From Candidatus Poribacteria bacterium (GTDB lineage: Bacteria > Poribacteria > WGA-4E > WGA-3G), in NCBI GenBank assembly GCA_965205025.1, contig CBDBFU010000027.1, forward strand, positions 1-64,000: DNA of 64,000 bases, given 5' to 3'. The notes beneath the pieces are model-generated. The model was not told where the DNA came from, did not search any database, and saw only the letters and a list, made by a program, of their open reading frames with translations. The position numbers and the translations under genes are program-made. Positions 62,355-64,000 of the stretch are shown here, in pieces (positions within the stretch are counted from its first letter, which is position 1; every line of letters starts with the position of its first letter).

Positions 62355-64000
62355 ATGAATAACACATTTTTCACGCGAAAGCTTGGACTCGGTATCCTCA
62401 TAGCGCTTGTATTCGCGTTTGGTGTGCAGAGCGTAGCAGACGCACAGTTGCGAGTTAGCAGCAGCAGAGGTGATTTACAAGTCAAACCTTTGGTTGCGAA
62501 CCAAACATTTGAGTTCTCGTTTTATATAAGCGGTATTCCAGGAAGCAGACCTGATACTTCTCCTGGGACTGCCGATACTGAGCGGGAAGAGATAACGATA
62601 ACTCCAACTGGCGGGGCTTTCACTGAAGTAAGAATGGGTAGCACACGCTACACATCAGCAACCAAAACTCTTACAGGGGCTTTCACGCTACAAGAATGGC
62701 ATGCCGATAATACCAATGGGATTGCTACTACCGCGGATGATACTGATCTTGGTGCTACTGAAGGTGACCTTGCTACCGGCACTGTAACTGTGACGGTTGA
62801 ACCTACAGCTGTCGGACCTATTACAGTTACAGTTGCTGCAGCAGGCGATTCAACCGGCGATTTTGAAACACTAACATTCACGGTTTATGCTGTACAAATT
62901 CCTACGGACGTTCAAGGTCTCAGGTTTGCAGCAAGCACTCCGACCGTAAATCCAACAACTAAAACAACCTATCCACCATTCGATCCGAATGTTCCCTTAT
63001 ATGATGAGGAAGTTATTGTCACGGTATTTGATGCTTCTGACGCAGCTGGAGGCAATCGGGCGTATGCACTTGTTGATTTTGAAGTTTTTGAGGGACCCGG
63101 ATTTGTTTATCAGGATCTGAACGATGACTCAGAACCTGACCCTGGTGAAAGCAGAAATTCAAAAACTACAAGAACATTAACTCGTCTGGGTACAGATAAC
63201 GATATGGCAAGGGTAAGACTGCGGACGAATGGCGGCACTAACAAAGTTCGCGCAACAATTACTAACACACAACCACCCCAAACCTACGAGATTACTTATC
63301 TCTATCAAGGAGACGGGACAACGACGACACCACCGCCACAACCAGGAGGTCCACAACTTACTGTTAACGCACCTGCCACCGGCACTGTCGGGCAACCGAT
63401 TACTGTTACAGCGACTGTCTCTGATAATCGCGCCCGTCGAGTGGTCGCTTTCTCAAGTAATAGAGGTGGCACTTTTTCACAAACTCCTATACTAACGGAG
63501 AGTAACGGTGTTGCAACAATACAGTTCACACCGAGTACTCCCGGGACAGTAACCATCACCGCACGCTCGACCGGCTATACAAACGGTACCGATACGGTTC
63601 AGGTCTCGTCAGCCCTCCCTCGCCTCACAGTGCTTACACCGACACCACCCATCAGAGGAAATACGGGGCAAAGACTAAACATAGTTATTGGCACAGGAGC
63701 TCCTGCGGGTCTAACAGTCACACTGACAGGCACCAATTTTCAACCTGCCATTGCCCAAGGTGTCACACTTTCCAACGGTTCCGTTACGATCCCCGTTACG
63801 CTACCGAATAATCCTGGGGGTCATCTACTCACTGCCAGTGCTCCTGGATATCAAAATACGAGTATCTCAGTGATTGTTGGAGGGGCAACGACTGGTGGCC
63901 CAGTGCAGTTAACGATTCCCAGCGGACAAACACAAACCGTGTCTATCGGGAGTAATGCTCCGTTGCGGGTACGTGTAACAAGTACAGTGTCGAATGTAAG
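62355..64000 (+). CDS. Ig-like Thr-rich secreted surface protein, counterpart of 40424..46378 (runs off the window end)
   Basis: AGGAG RBS; MNNTFFTRKLGLGILIALVFAFGVQSVADAQ matches the left gene's signal peptide; appears open to the window edge, which would explain its absence from the ORF track. Confidence 0.85.
   Translation, partial: MNNTFFTRKLGLGILIALVFAFGVQSVADAQLRVSSSRGDLQVKPLVANQTFEFSFYISGIPGSRPDTSPGTADTEREEITITPTGGAFTEVRMGSTRYTSATKTLTGAFTLQEWHADNTNGIATTADDTDLGATEGDLATGTVTVTVEPTAVGPITVTVAAAGDSTGDFETLTFTVYAVQIPTDVQGLRFAASTPTVNPTTKTTYPPFDPNVPLYDEEVIVTVFDASDAAGGNRAYALVDFEVFEGPGFVYQDLNDDSEPDPGESRNSKTTRTLTRLGTDNDMARVRLRTNGGTNKVRATITNTQPPQTYEITYLYQGDGTTTTPPPQPGGPQLTVNAPATGTVGQPITVTATVSDNRARRVVAFSSNRGGTFSQTPILTESNGVATIQFTPSTPGTVTITARSTGYTNGTDTVQVSSALPRLTVLTPTPPIRGNTGQRLNIVIGTGAPAGLTVTLTGTNFQPAIAQGVTLSNGSVTIPVTLPNNPGGHLLTASAPGYQNTSISVIVGGATTGGPVQLTIPSGQTQTVSIGSNAPLRVRVTSTVSNV

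Overview
Bacterial chromosomal window, most likely Candidatus Poribacteria. This is an inference from the C-terminal motifs LLANYPNPFNPETWIPYQLA...AAYWDGRN and (K/R)LTTTWSELK, the lamin-tail/Big-1/YWTD secreted proteins and the futalosine-pathway mqnD. The first 40 kb holds housekeeping and envelope genes: ftsH end, folP, acpS, a PorV/PorQ-like gene, yigZ, a gcvH-like gene, mqnD, a crystallin-flotillin-M6 protease cluster, a DinG-like helicase, two HtrA genes, BrnT/BrnA, ileS, trypsin-TPR proteins, a TonB-dependent receptor, an ECF sigma factor, two ferredoxins and tRNA-Glu/Lys. Several genes are broken by 1-nt indels that look like consensus errors. The main finding is at 40.4-64 kb, a mirror-image locus. 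Two paralogous surface-protein gene pairs (a ~1600-aa lamin-tail protein followed by an Ig-rich protein, ~2000 aa in the left copy) point away from a central 4.7-kb segment. That segment is bounded by two inverted tyrosine-recombinase-type sites (GACAAAA-6-bp core-TTTTGTC), encodes a FimB/FimE-like recombinase, and carries two perfect sigma70 promoters that fire out of one end only. It reads as an invertible-promoter switch for cell-surface variation. Other findings include an Ile-codon leader-peptide attenuator for ileS, a RAYT/REP cluster, a ~35-bp mini-element inserted into REP hairpins, and a candidate ECF promoter motif. All calls come from reading the sequence and motifs; no database searches were run.
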